64,000 nucleotides of DNA. Origin: Dehalococcoidia bacterium (GTDB taxonomy: Bacteria > Chloroflexota > Dehalococcoidia > UBA2979). The translations under genes and the position numbers were made by a program. The notes beneath the pieces were generated by a model. That model saw nothing but the letters and a program-made list of their open reading frames with translations, did not search any database and was not told where the DNA came from. Below, piece after piece: positions 20,508 to 29,130 of this stretch. Location: positions 1,280,001 through 1,344,000 of the forward strand of contig OZ244720.1 of assembly GCA_965219085.1 (NCBI GenBank). Reading direction: 5' to 3'. The stretch's first letter is position 1, and each line of letters begins with the position of its first letter.

Positions 20508-21527
20508 TCAGTCGTCGCGCAACGGCGCGGCCATCGGGTTGAAGCACGCCACCATGTGGCCGGGCTCCAGCGGCGAGAGCCGCGGCGCCGGCTCGATCCG
20601 GCACTGCGCGACCGCCTTCGGGCAGCGCTCGAGGAACGGGCACTCCTCGGGCAGGTCGGCGAGGTCCGGCGGCTGGCCGCGCATCGGCTGCAGCCGGCGC
20701 TCCCGGCGCTGGATGCCGGGCAGGCTCGACAGCAAGCCGTACGTGTACGGGTGCTTCGGCGTACGGAAGATCGACCGCACGTCCGTCGTCTCCACCACCT
20801 CGCCCGCGTAGACCACGGCGACGCGGTCCGCGAGGCGCGCGACGACGCCGAAGTCGTGCGTGATCAGCAGCACCGCGACATCCTGGTTGTCGCGCAGCTC
20901 CTCGAGGAACGTGAGGGTGGTGTCCCGGATCGCGGCGTCCAGGGAGGCGGTCGGCTCGTCCGCGATGATGACGCGCGGCTGCAGCGCAGTCGCCATCGCG
21001 ATCATGACGCGCTGCGCCATCCCGCCCGAGAGCTGGTGCGAGAACGACTTGGCGACATCGCGCGGACGAGGCAGGAAGCGTCCGAGCACCTCGATCCCTC
21101 GCTCGTACGCCTCGCCCTTCTCGACGCCGTGCGCGCTGAACACCTCGGCCACCTGATCGCCGATACGCAACGTGGGGGTGAGTGCGGCCTGCGGGTCCTG
21201 GAAGATCATCGAGATCTCGGCCCCGCGAATCTCGCGCAGCGCCTGCTCGTCCTCGAACGGCACGGGTGCGCCGTCGTACTCGACCGAGCCGCCATCGATC
21301 GTGGCGTTCGAGGGCAGCAACCCGAGCAGTGCGAGGGCGATCGAGGTTTTGCCGGACCCGGACTCGCCCACGAGCGCGAGCGTCTCGCCGGGGTACAGCT
21401 CGAAGCTGACATTGCGGACGGCGTGGACGAGCTCATCCTCCGTCTGGTAGGCGGCACTCAGCCCGCTCATGCGGACGATGGGTTCACGACGCAACTGAGA
21501 TGTGACGGTGAACCTCCCCCGGTACAC
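20508..21527 (-). CDS. Oligopeptide/dipeptide ABC transporter ATPase (OppD/DppD-like)
   Basis: GESGSGKT, LSGGMAQRV, DEPT, HPYT, C-terminal Cys cluster; start uncertain. Confidence 0.92.
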   Translation of the reverse strand: MYRGRFTVTSQLRREPIVRMSGLSAAYQTEDELVHAVRNVSFELYPGETLALVGESGSGKTSIALALLGLLPSNATIDGGSVEYDGAPVPFEDEQALREIRGAEISMIFQDPQAALTPTLRIGDQVAEVFSAHGVEKGEAYERGIEVLGRFLPRPRDVAKSFSHQLSGGMAQRVMIAMATALQPRVIIADEPTASLDAAIRDTTLTFLEELRDNQDVAVLLITHDFGVVARLADRVAVVYAGEVVETTDVRSIFRTPKHPYTYGLLSSLPGIQRRERRLQPMRGQPPDLADLPEECPFLERCPKAVAQCRIEPAPRLSPLEPGHMVACFNPMAAPLRDD

Positions 21528-21545
21528 CGCGGGTGAGCAGACAGC

Positions 21546-22673
21546 CTAGCGCATCTCCGCCGGGTCGAGCCCCCGCTCCGTGCACCACTCGGCGTAGGCG
21601 GACGGCAGGATCTCGGACGGCTTGATCTCGCTGCGGCCGCCCCAGAACACGTTCGTGTAGCCCACCTCGATGCCCGCCTCCGCGAGATGCACGTCGATGG
21701 CGGCCTTGTGGTCCAGCAGGAGCTGCTTGTCGGTGCCGTGCGCGACGCCCATGACGTTGACGTGGCGGAACTCCGGCCCGCCCTCGCGCCAGTAGGCGTG
21801 TGTCATCACGTGGTGGCGGCCGACCTCGCGCCCCGCGTCGATCTCCCGCCCCGTCGGGACGGACCAGTGGAAGAGCGCGTTGTAGCGCGTCACCGGCGCG
21901 GCCCCCGCCACACGCTTCACGTGCTCGAGGAACGTCGAGAAGCGCCCGAGCACGCCGCGCTCCCCGAGCGCTTCGGCGGCCTCGTAGAAGCCGTCGAGGC
22001 TCATGCCCGCCTCGGCTGCCCGCGGCGCCCACAGGTCCGGCGTGAGCTCGTCGGGCGCGAACTCGCGCTTGAGCGAGGCGATCACGCGCCACTGCTGCTC
22101 GCTGAGCTCCTCGATCTCCGTGTCGATGACGGCAGCGGGCTCGTCGATGCGGCTGCCGGGTTCGACGCCGCGGCGCCGGACGTGGCCCACGCCGAGCGCG
22201 AACAGCCGCTTCGCCGGCATCAGCCGGAAGTGGTCGGCGCCCACGCGGCCGGCGAGGTGCTCGCAGTGCCGGCCGAGCGAGTAGCCGACCGGCACCTTGA
22301 GCGTGGTCCACAGCCGGTACTTCGAGCCGGGCGTCACGGCGTCCGTCGTGCGGATCACGACGTGCCCGGAGAACGGGTCCTCGCGGAACATGAAGTCGAA
22401 CGCCTCGTGGAGGCGGTCCTCGGGCACCTGCCATGCGACGAGCGCGCCCGGCGCGAGCTTGTTCACGAGCAGCGTCTGGCGCACGCGACGGATCACGCCG
22501 GCTTCTACCATCGCCCGGATGCGCTCGATGACGACCGGCAACTCGACGCCGGACTGCGCGGCGATCTCGCCGAGCGGGTCGCGCTGGAAGCCGCGGATGC
22601 GGTCCTCGGAGACCGCGAGGATCGCGGCGTTTGTCGGGTCGTCGACCGCGACGGGGACGGTGTCCGTCGTCAT
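21546..22673 (-). CDS. Two-repeat Lrp/AsnC-like protein, siroheme decarboxylase (AhbAB/NirDL)-like
   Basis: Two HTH plus ferredoxin-like repeats with GHVVIR...YRLWT and THAYWR...NVMGVAH, matching the H-x-Y-x-R NirDLGH/AhbAB pattern. Confidence 0.7.
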   Translation of the reverse strand: MTTDTVPVAVDDPTNAAILAVSEDRIRGFQRDPLGEIAAQSGVELPVVIERIRAMVEAGVIRRVRQTLLVNKLAPGALVAWQVPEDRLHEAFDFMFREDPFSGHVVIRTTDAVTPGSKYRLWTTLKVPVGYSLGRHCEHLAGRVGADHFRLMPAKRLFALGVGHVRRRGVEPGSRIDEPAAVIDTEIEELSEQQWRVIASLKREFAPDELTPDLWAPRAAEAGMSLDGFYEAAEALGERGVLGRFSTFLEHVKRVAGAAPVTRYNALFHWSVPTGREIDAGREVGRHHVMTHAYWREGGPEFRHVNVMGVAHGTDKQLLLDHKAAIDVHLAEAGIEVGYTNVFWGGRSEIKPSEILPSAYAEWCTERGLDPAEMR

Positions 22674-22981
22674 GGGCTTGCCGCCGCTCGGTCGGTCGCC
22701 GGGACCTGCCACGCCTCCATCGACGAGACGATCGAGTCGTCGCGGAGTGCGCGGACCACGGCCTGAGTGTGGTCGTGCGCCATGTGCTCGTCGAGCGCCT
22801 CGCGCGACGCCCACTCCTCCAGTAGCACGAACTTGAGCGGGTCGCCCGGGTGGAGGTAGAGCTCGAAGCGGTCGACGGTCGGCTCCTGCGACGCGGCCGC
22901 GGCGTCGGTCCGCAGCACGTCCAGCAGCGCCTCGCGGCCCTCGGCGGTGGCGGTGATCAGCACCGTCGTGCGGATGCTCAC
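22670..22981 (-). CDS. Antibiotic biosynthesis monooxygenase (ABM) domain protein
   Basis: EP...F.L, FVLLEEWASREALDEHM..H; GTG start overlaps the upstream stop. Confidence 0.85.
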   Translation of the reverse strand: MSIRTTVLITATAEGREALLDVLRTDAAAASQEPTVDRFELYLHPGDPLKFVLLEEWASREALDEHMAHDHTQAVVRALRDDSIVSSMEAWQVPATDRAAASP

Positions 22982-23763
22982 GCCGCGCCGTCCGCCGGTA
23001 CCAGGCCGATGTGGGCCGCCAGGTCCTCGACGCTCGTGAGGCGGCGGCAGGTGAACATCGGCGTGTCGCGCTCCGTGTAGCTCGACGACTCCGAGTCGCG
23101 CAGCTCGCGCACGAGCGCGAGGAAGAGACCGGGGTCGTTGCCCTCGAAGGCGACGACGAACTCCTGGTCGTCGAGGCCGTATGAGTACGTTGTGTTGATC
23201 TGGATCTCGTGGTAGCGGTGGCCGACCTGGATGTGCTCGGCCATGATGCGCTGCCGCTCTTCGCCCGGCAGCTTGTACCACTCGCGGTTCTTCACCATCG
23301 GGTACACGAACAGGTAGTCGGCGACGCCGCCGTCCGCGCGCAGCCGGTCGCGCCCGCCAATGCCCTCGTGCAGCGGGTTCGAGTAGACCGACCGCATGGT
23401 CATCGAGAGGAACGAGTGCGGCCGCTCCAGCGCGGCGGCGAGGGGCGAGCCGAGCAGCTCGGCGTGCCAGTCCTGGATCGGCGCGAGCTCGTCGTTGACC
23501 TGCCAGACCAGGAAGTCCGTGTCGGCGCGCGTGCCGACCGTGGAGTAGATGCGCGTGAGCATCGTCGATGCGGAGTGCTCGATCAGGCGTGCGAGCTCGC
23601 CGGCGAGCGCCCGGCGCTCGGCCTCGGGAGCGGAGCGGACCTCGTCACGCAGCCGGTAGAAGCTGAACTTCACGGACTGCACGCCGCGCGGCGAGTGGCG
23701 CTCGCCCGCATCGGCGGTGGCCGGTGCGGCGTAGGTGTGCGGCGGGCGTTCGGTCGTGGTCAT
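22978..23763 (-). CDS. chdC: Chlorite-dismutase-family protein, likely coproheme decarboxylase
   Basis: YSTVGTRADTD, YPMVK.REWY, proximal His in MAEH, GLDDQEFVV; no distal Arg. Confidence 0.75.
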   Translation of the reverse strand: MTTTERPPHTYAAPATADAGERHSPRGVQSVKFSFYRLRDEVRSAPEAERRALAGELARLIEHSASTMLTRIYSTVGTRADTDFLVWQVNDELAPIQDWHAELLGSPLAAALERPHSFLSMTMRSVYSNPLHEGIGGRDRLRADGGVADYLFVYPMVKNREWYKLPGEERQRIMAEHIQVGHRYHEIQINTTYSYGLDDQEFVVAFEGNDPGLFLALVRELRDSESSSYTERDTPMFTCRRLTSVEDLAAHIGLVPADGAA

Positions 23764-23784
23764 GTGCTCACCCCCCAGGCGGCC

Positions 23785-24801
23785 TTATCGGCGCGCGGGC
23801 TGTGCGGCCTCCTGCTCGCGCGGCAGGCCGTAGTTGTCCTCGTACAGCGCCTCGACGCGGGCGGCGACGTCCGGCGCCACATCGGCGCAGTCAGACACGC
23901 CGACGAACTCCTCGATCTGGTCGCGGCCGTAGATGTTGGGGAAGGTGCTGGCGATGATGTCGTCCTTGAGGATGTAGCGCAGCGCCGCCTGCCCCAGCGT
24001 GCCGCGCGTGGCCTCGGTCAGGAAGTCGAGCTGTTCGATCTTCTTGAGCCCGTTGGTCAGCCACGAGCGCGGGCGGTGGCGGCGATGGTCGTTCTCGTCG
24101 AACACCGTGTCGATCGTGTAGGCGCCCTCGAGCATCCCCGAGGAGTGCGGTACGCGGACGAACAGCGACTTCTGGTGCTCGCGCGCTGCCTCGATGAGCG
24201 CGCGGCCGGGGTCGAGTTCGAGCGCGTTGTAGATGGTGTGCACGATCTCGACGGGCAGCTCGCGGATGGCGTACAGCCCCTCCTCGAGCCAGCCGATGGC
24301 AGGGCCGAGCGCGATGCCGACGGTGCGCACCTTGCCGGCCTCCCGCGCCTTGTCGAGGAACGTCCACACGTCGTCATTGAGCAGGTGCTCCATGCGCGCG
24401 TTGTGGATCTGGTAGCAGTCGATGCGGTCCGTGCCCAGCCGGCGCAGCGAGCCCTCGAGTGCGCGCTCCATGAAGGCCGGCTCGAAGCAGTGCGGCGCCT
24501 CCTGGTGGCCCTCGCGGCGCTGGCCGATCTGCGATTCCCAGTCGTAGCCGAACTTCGTCGCGACGACGATCTCGTCGCGGTCCGCGCCGGGGAACGCCTG
24601 CGCGAGGATCGTCTCGCCGCGGCCGTTGCCGTAGGTGTCGGCGGTGTCAAAGAAGTTCACGCCGCGGTCGAACGCCTGGCGCAGCAGCGTCACCGCCTCG
24701 GTGTCGCTGAAGTTGCCCCACCATCCGGCGGAGACGGTCCAGACGCCGAAGCCGACCTCGGAGACCTCGATGTCGGTGCCTGCGATGGCGCGGTAACGCA
24801 T
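23785..24801 (-). CDS. Aldo/keto reductase
   Basis: GFGVW, FDTADTYG.G, ATKFG, SLRRLGTDRID.YQIHN. Confidence 0.93.
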   Translation of the reverse strand: MRYRAIAGTDIEVSEVGFGVWTVSAGWWGNFSDTEAVTLLRQAFDRGVNFFDTADTYGNGRGETILAQAFPGADRDEIVVATKFGYDWESQIGQRREGHQEAPHCFEPAFMERALEGSLRRLGTDRIDCYQIHNARMEHLLNDDVWTFLDKAREAGKVRTVGIALGPAIGWLEEGLYAIRELPVEIVHTIYNALELDPGRALIEAAREHQKSLFVRVPHSSGMLEGAYTIDTVFDENDHRRHRPRSWLTNGLKKIEQLDFLTEATRGTLGQAALRYILKDDIIASTFPNIYGRDQIEEFVGVSDCADVAPDVAARVEALYEDNYGLPREQEAAQPARR

Positions 24802-24969
24802 AGGACCCCCCACGTGCCGACCGTCGCGCCAGTATGCGGCGAGCCGCCGTTGCAAGCGCGCGAACGAGGGCGGAACCCGCACGCGAATGCCCGTTTTGCA
24901 CAGGTTCGCGAGGGTTCGACCGGGCTAGCCGTATCATGGCGTCTGAGCCCCCGCGGCAGGAGCCGTCCG

Positions 24970-25428
24970 ATGTCCGAGACCCCCCGGATCGACCTCTCAC
25001 CGGCCGCCCGCGCCGCCGTGCGCGGGCTCGCCGCGCTGTGGGGGCTCGGACTCACCTCGCTCATCGCGGGCGGGGTGGTGTGGTGGCTCGTGCTCGGGCC
25101 CGGTGCGCTCGCCGATCCCGTGCGGAGCGCGATCGCCATCGTTGCCGCGATCGTGCTCGCGGCTCCGGGGCTGCTGCTCCTGCACTTCGAGCGGTCGCTG
25201 CGCCGCGCGGCGCTGATGATCGCCGAGCTCGCGGACCGGAACGCCGCCGGCGAGCGGTTCGACGGGCCACCGGGGTTCTTCTTCCGCTCGATCCGGCTCG
25301 CGATGCGCCGTCGCGGCATCGGGGTGCTCGCAACGCCGTGGTACTGGGCTGCGGCAGCGTGGGGATTCGGCGCCTCCGTGGTGCTCATCCTCGCCGCACT
25401 GGTGCTGGTGGCTGCGGCGGTGTGGTAG
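24970..25428 (+). CDS. Hypothetical membrane protein
   Basis: Three hydrophobic segments, AGGAG RBS. Confidence 0.65.
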   Translation: MSETPRIDLSPAARAAVRGLAALWGLGLTSLIAGGVVWWLVLGPGALADPVRSAIAIVAAIVLAAPGLLLLHFERSLRRAALMIAELADRNAAGERFDGPPGFFFRSIRLAMRRRGIGVLATPWYWAAAAWGFGASVVLILAALVLVAAAVW

Positions 25429-25564
25429 GCGCCGACGAGCGGGGCCTCTTCGCGCGTTCCGGTAGCCAATCGAGCCGCGGATCCGGTAGACGTGGTGCAT
25501 CAGGAGTGACTGTTACCGACCCCGCGCGCCTCGGGGCCCCGGTTGAGCGTCCAGCGACCATTCG

Positions 25565-25596
25565 TTGAGCGCACACGTGAGTCAGTTTATACTCAC
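25565..25596 (+). promoter_or_regulatory. Sigma70 promoter with overlapping inverted-repeat operator of the vapBC pair
   Basis: TTGAGC-N17-TATACT; GTGAGT-N8-ACTCAC (25577-25596); ATG 6 nt after the -10. Confidence 0.7.
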
Positions 25597-25599
25597 ACT

Positions 25600-25848
25600 A
25601 TGAGTAAGCGGCTCCAGGTCATGATGCCAGACGACGAGTATCGCGCGGTCGCGGATATCGCGAGGCGCCAGGGGAAGCCCGTGTCGCGCATCGTGCGCGA
25701 CAGCCTCCGCCGCACGGTGGCCGAGGATCTGCAGGTGGCGCCGGAGCAGCGCATCGCCGCGGTGCTGCGCTTTGCGCGGTTTGCCGGCCCGACCGGGGAC
25801 ATCGATCAGTTGCTCTCCGAGATCGAGCGCGGCCGTACGCTCGCATGA
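25600..25848 (+). CDS. vapB: Ribbon-helix-helix antitoxin
   Basis: MSKRLQVMMPDDEY...S..VRDSL; ATGA overlap with the toxin. Confidence 0.85.
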   Translation: MSKRLQVMMPDDEYRAVADIARRQGKPVSRIVRDSLRRTVAEDLQVAPEQRIAAVLRFARFAGPTGDIDQLLSEIERGRTLA

Positions 25849-26240
25849 TCTATGTCGATTCAAACGTGCCGATGTACCTCGTCGGCGCCGAACACCCACA
25901 CAAGCAGCGCGTCGTGGCCCTCGTCCCGCAGCTCATCTCGGCGCGCGATCAACTCGTCACGAGCGCCGAAACGTTCCGGGAGATTCTGCATCGCTACCGG
26001 GCACTCGGCGACGGTGACCACCTCAGCGCCGCGTACGACGCGCTCGATGCGATGATCTCGATGGTTGCCGATGTGACCAGGGATGACGTCGATCAGGCGC
26101 GCGCCCACTCAGGGCGGTACCCCCGCCTCTCCTCCCGCGACTGTCTGCACCTCGCGGTCATGAACCGCATCGGCTGTAACACCATCTGGAGCTACGATAC
26201 GGGTTTCGATGCAGTGGGCGCGCTCCAGCGCGTCGCCTGA
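25845..26240 (+). CDS. vapC: VapC-family PIN toxin
   Basis: IYVDSNV, EILH, RDCLHLA, SYDTGFD. Confidence 0.92.
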   Translation: MIYVDSNVPMYLVGAEHPHKQRVVALVPQLISARDQLVTSAETFREILHRYRALGDGDHLSAAYDALDAMISMVADVTRDDVDQARAHSGRYPRLSSRDCLHLAVMNRIGCNTIWSYDTGFDAVGALQRVA

Positions 26241-26452
26241 GGGGCACGTGCAGGCGCACGGCGCCCCGATCGCTCATGGATCTCGGCTAAGGCCGAAACC
26301 GTGTAAGGTGAGTGTGCGGCGAACGACGCCGCGGCCTCAGTACCTCTACTCTGTCGTTTCACCCGAGCGCCCGCGTCGAGCCTGAGAGAAACCAAGGATC
26401 GTCCTCGCGGGCGCATCCGCTACGTCGGCGTGGCCGACAAGGAGTGAGACGT

Positions 26453-26755
26453 TTGGCTCAGAAGATTTACGTAGGCAACCTCCCGTACTCGGCGACCGAG
26501 AGCGAAGTGCAACAGCTCTTCGGCGAGTACGGCGAGGTGCTGTCGGTGGCCCTGCCGACCGACAGGGAAACGGGCCGGGCACGGGGCTTCGGCTTCGTGG
26601 AGATGGACAATGAGGCTGCCGCGAAGGCCATCGCGGGCGTCAACGGGAAGGACTTCGGCGGTCGAATGCTGAACGTCAACGAGGCGCGGCCTCGCGAGTC
26701 CCGCGGCGGCGGCGGTGGCGATCGCGGCGGCTACGGCGGCTACGACCGTCGCTAG
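26453..26755 (+). CDS. RRM RNA-binding protein with Gly-rich tail
   Basis: RNP2 IYVGNL, RNP1 RGFGFVEM, LNVNEARPR; AAGGAG RBS and TTG start. Confidence 0.93.
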   Translation: MAQKIYVGNLPYSATESEVQQLFGEYGEVLSVALPTDRETGRARGFGFVEMDNEAAAKAIAGVNGKDFGGRMLNVNEARPRESRGGGGGDRGGYGGYDRR

Positions 26756-26959
26756 CGGCCATTTCCTGGCACGTGGGCGCAGGCCCTCGGGTGACTGACC
26801 GCCAGGACACACGTGGGGAGAGCCCGGCTCGACCGCCGGGCTCTCGCCATGACCCGCACACGCGTCCATCCCTCACACGAGAGGCCCCATGCCGGTCCCC
26901 CCATTCATCGCCCGGACGGAGCGCCAGCGCTCCGACGCGACACGCCACGGCGAGACGCC

Positions 26960-27124
26960 GTGAGTGAAGTCGCGACGTGTCCGAAGTGCGACCGCCTCCT
27001 CATGGGTAGTGCGCGCACCTGCGTCGTGCACGGCGACCAGCTCGACATCGGCGGCCGCACACCAATCCTCGAAACCGTCGCTGACCAGCGGCGCCAGAAG
27101 TCGAAGCGACCACGGCCTCGCTAA
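26960..27124 (+). CDS. Small putative zinc-finger protein
   Basis: CPKC...CVVH with a basic tail; GTG start. Confidence 0.5.
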   Translation: MSEVATCPKCDRLLMGSARTCVVHGDQLDIGGRTPILETVADQRRQKSKRPRPR

Positions 27125-27196
27125 CCCCTACCCGGATCCGCGCGCACCGCGCCCGACACCACCTCCTCTTTTTTCCCGACGAACGGAACCAGTCCC

Positions 27197-28672
27197 ATGT
27201 CTCTCTTCACACGCAGTTCCGCTGCGCCCACACAGATACCCACGTTCGATGACGCCCCCGCGCCCAGCGAGGACATGGCGTCCTCGCCGAACGGCACGGG
27301 CCCCGTCGCGACCTTCGAGGCGCTGGGCGTCCCGGACGACCTGACCGCGGTCCTGAGCAAGGCCGGGATCGAGCACCCCTTCCCGATCCAGACGCTGGCC
27401 ATCCCCGACGCACTCGCCGGCCTCGACATCTGCGGGAAAGCGCAGACCGGCTCAGGCAAGACGCTCGCCTTCGGACTGCCGCTCGTCGAGCGCACGAAGA
27501 CCGCGCGGCGCCGCCGCCCGCACTCGCTGGTGCTGGCGCCCACGCGCGAACTCGCGAACCAGATCGCCGAGGACCTCACGCCGCTCGCGGCCGCTCGCGG
27601 GCTCTGGCTGACCACGATCTACGGCGGCGTCTCGATGTCGCGGCAGGTGCGCGCGCTCCACCAGGGCGTGGACATCGTCGTCGCCACGCCGGGGCGGCTC
27701 AACGACCTCCTCGAGCAGCAGGAACTGTCGCTGGAAGCCGTCTCATTCGTCGTGGTGGACGAGGCCGATCAAATGGCCGACATGGGGTTCCTGCCGCAGG
27801 TCGAGCGCATCCTCCGCCAGATCGAGGGCCGGCCCCAGACGCTGCTGTTCTCCGCCACGCTGGACGGGGCCGTCGGCACGCTCGTGCGCCGCTACCAGCA
27901 GAACCCGACCCGCCACGAGGTCGCTTCCGCCACGCCCACAGTCGACCAGCTGGAGCAGCGCTTCATCGGTGTGCACGCTGACGACAAGGTCGACGTGGCC
28001 TCCGAGATCTGCGCCGCGGCGCAGCGCGCGCTCGTCTTCGTGCGCACGACCCGCGCGGCGGACCGCGTCGCGAAGCGGCTGGGGCAGACCGGGCTGCAGG
28101 TCGCGGCCATCCACGGGCGGCTCTCGCAGAACCGTCGCGAGGCCACGCTTGAGCGCTTCCGGCGGGGCGCCGCGCCCGTGCTCGTCGCGACCAACGTCGC
28201 CGCGCGCGGGCTGCACGTCGAAGGCGTCGATGTCGTCGTGCACTTCGACCCGCCCGAGGACCACAAGACCTACCTGCACCGATCGGGACGCACGGCACGC
28301 GCGGGCGAGGACGGCATGGTCGTCACACTCGTGCTGCCGGAGCAGCGGCCCGACATCGCCACGCTGCAGCGCGACGCCGGCACCGATTACGCCGTGGTCG
28401 AGATGCGTGCCGACGATCCCAGGCTGCGCGATCTCGCGTCGTGGGAGGCGCCCCGCGAAGACCGCGGCAGGTCTCGCAACAACCGCAGCGGCGGCGATCG
28501 CGCGGGCTCGCGCGGCGAGGCGATCAACGGCGGCGCGGCCCGACGCCCCGCAAGCCGGCAGTCCGGGCAGCCGCGCGGGCAGCGCGGTCGCGGCGCGCCA
28601 CGCGGAGCGGGTGGCAACTCGGGCGGCGGCGGATCCCGCCCGGCGGGGCGGCGGCGCGCGGCGACCCGGTAG
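27197..28672 (+). CDS. DEAD-box RNA helicase
   Basis: AQTGSGKT, PTRELA, TPGR, DEAD, SAT, HRSGRTAR; Arg/Gly-rich tail. Confidence 0.96.
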   Translation: MSLFTRSSAAPTQIPTFDDAPAPSEDMASSPNGTGPVATFEALGVPDDLTAVLSKAGIEHPFPIQTLAIPDALAGLDICGKAQTGSGKTLAFGLPLVERTKTARRRRPHSLVLAPTRELANQIAEDLTPLAAARGLWLTTIYGGVSMSRQVRALHQGVDIVVATPGRLNDLLEQQELSLEAVSFVVVDEADQMADMGFLPQVERILRQIEGRPQTLLFSATLDGAVGTLVRRYQQNPTRHEVASATPTVDQLEQRFIGVHADDKVDVASEICAAAQRALVFVRTTRAADRVAKRLGQTGLQVAAIHGRLSQNRREATLERFRRGAAPVLVATNVAARGLHVEGVDVVVHFDPPEDHKTYLHRSGRTARAGEDGMVVTLVLPEQRPDIATLQRDAGTDYAVVEMRADDPRLRDLASWEAPREDRGRSRNNRSGGDRAGSRGEAINGGAARRPASRQSGQPRGQRGRGAPRGAGGNSGGGGSRPAGRRRAATR

Positions 28673-28689
28673 GCTGGCTCGCGACCCGG

Positions 28690-28976
28690 TGGGGACGACA
28701 CCGCGTCGACCAGCACCCACGACGCAGCCGAGCGGCGCCGGGAGCACGACCGCCACGTCGAGCGGTTCGGATAGCTCGAGCACGACAAGCGACGACTCCG
28801 CCTCGGACGACAACGGGGACGGCGCGCCCGCTGAGGGCGCGGGGATGCTCGTCCAGGACCCGGAACTGCCGTACCCGCACCAGTCCCGGAGCCTGCCGGG
28901 ATCCCGAAGCCAGGCGGAACGCTCCGCGTCGGCGTGACGTTCGACGCAGTTGCCCTACGTCTGGCTCGACAAGTAG
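28690..28976 (+). pseudogene. Internally deleted remnant of the downstream SBP gene family
   Basis: MLVQDPELPYPHQ, frameshift, GGTLRVGVTFD then directly WLDK-stop; no start or Tat signal. Confidence 0.85.
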
Positions 28977-28998
28977 TCACGTCGCACGGGCAACCGAC

Positions 28999-29026
28999 GA
29001 GCGGGCGGCCACGTGGCCGCCCGCTC
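28999..29026. repeat. 28-bp perfect palindrome after SBP remnant (copy 1)
   Basis: gagcgggcggccacgtggccgcccgctc. Confidence 0.85.
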
Positions 29027-29130
29027 CACGTTCACCAACTCCCGAGGAGGGCTGCGCGCTTGACTTTGATGGGTATCCTCTACGGTTAATGGCAAGCGTT
29101 ATAGCGCGCGCAGCTCCGGGGGGTGCAGGC

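Noticed and set aside
22978-23763. True chlorite dismutase
   Set aside because: Lacks the catalytic distal Arg and has the YPMxK ChdC motif.
28441-29130. N-terminal extension making an 854-aa SBP
   Set aside because: The Tat signal and the paralog place the start at 29131; upstream is helicase overlap and pseudogene.
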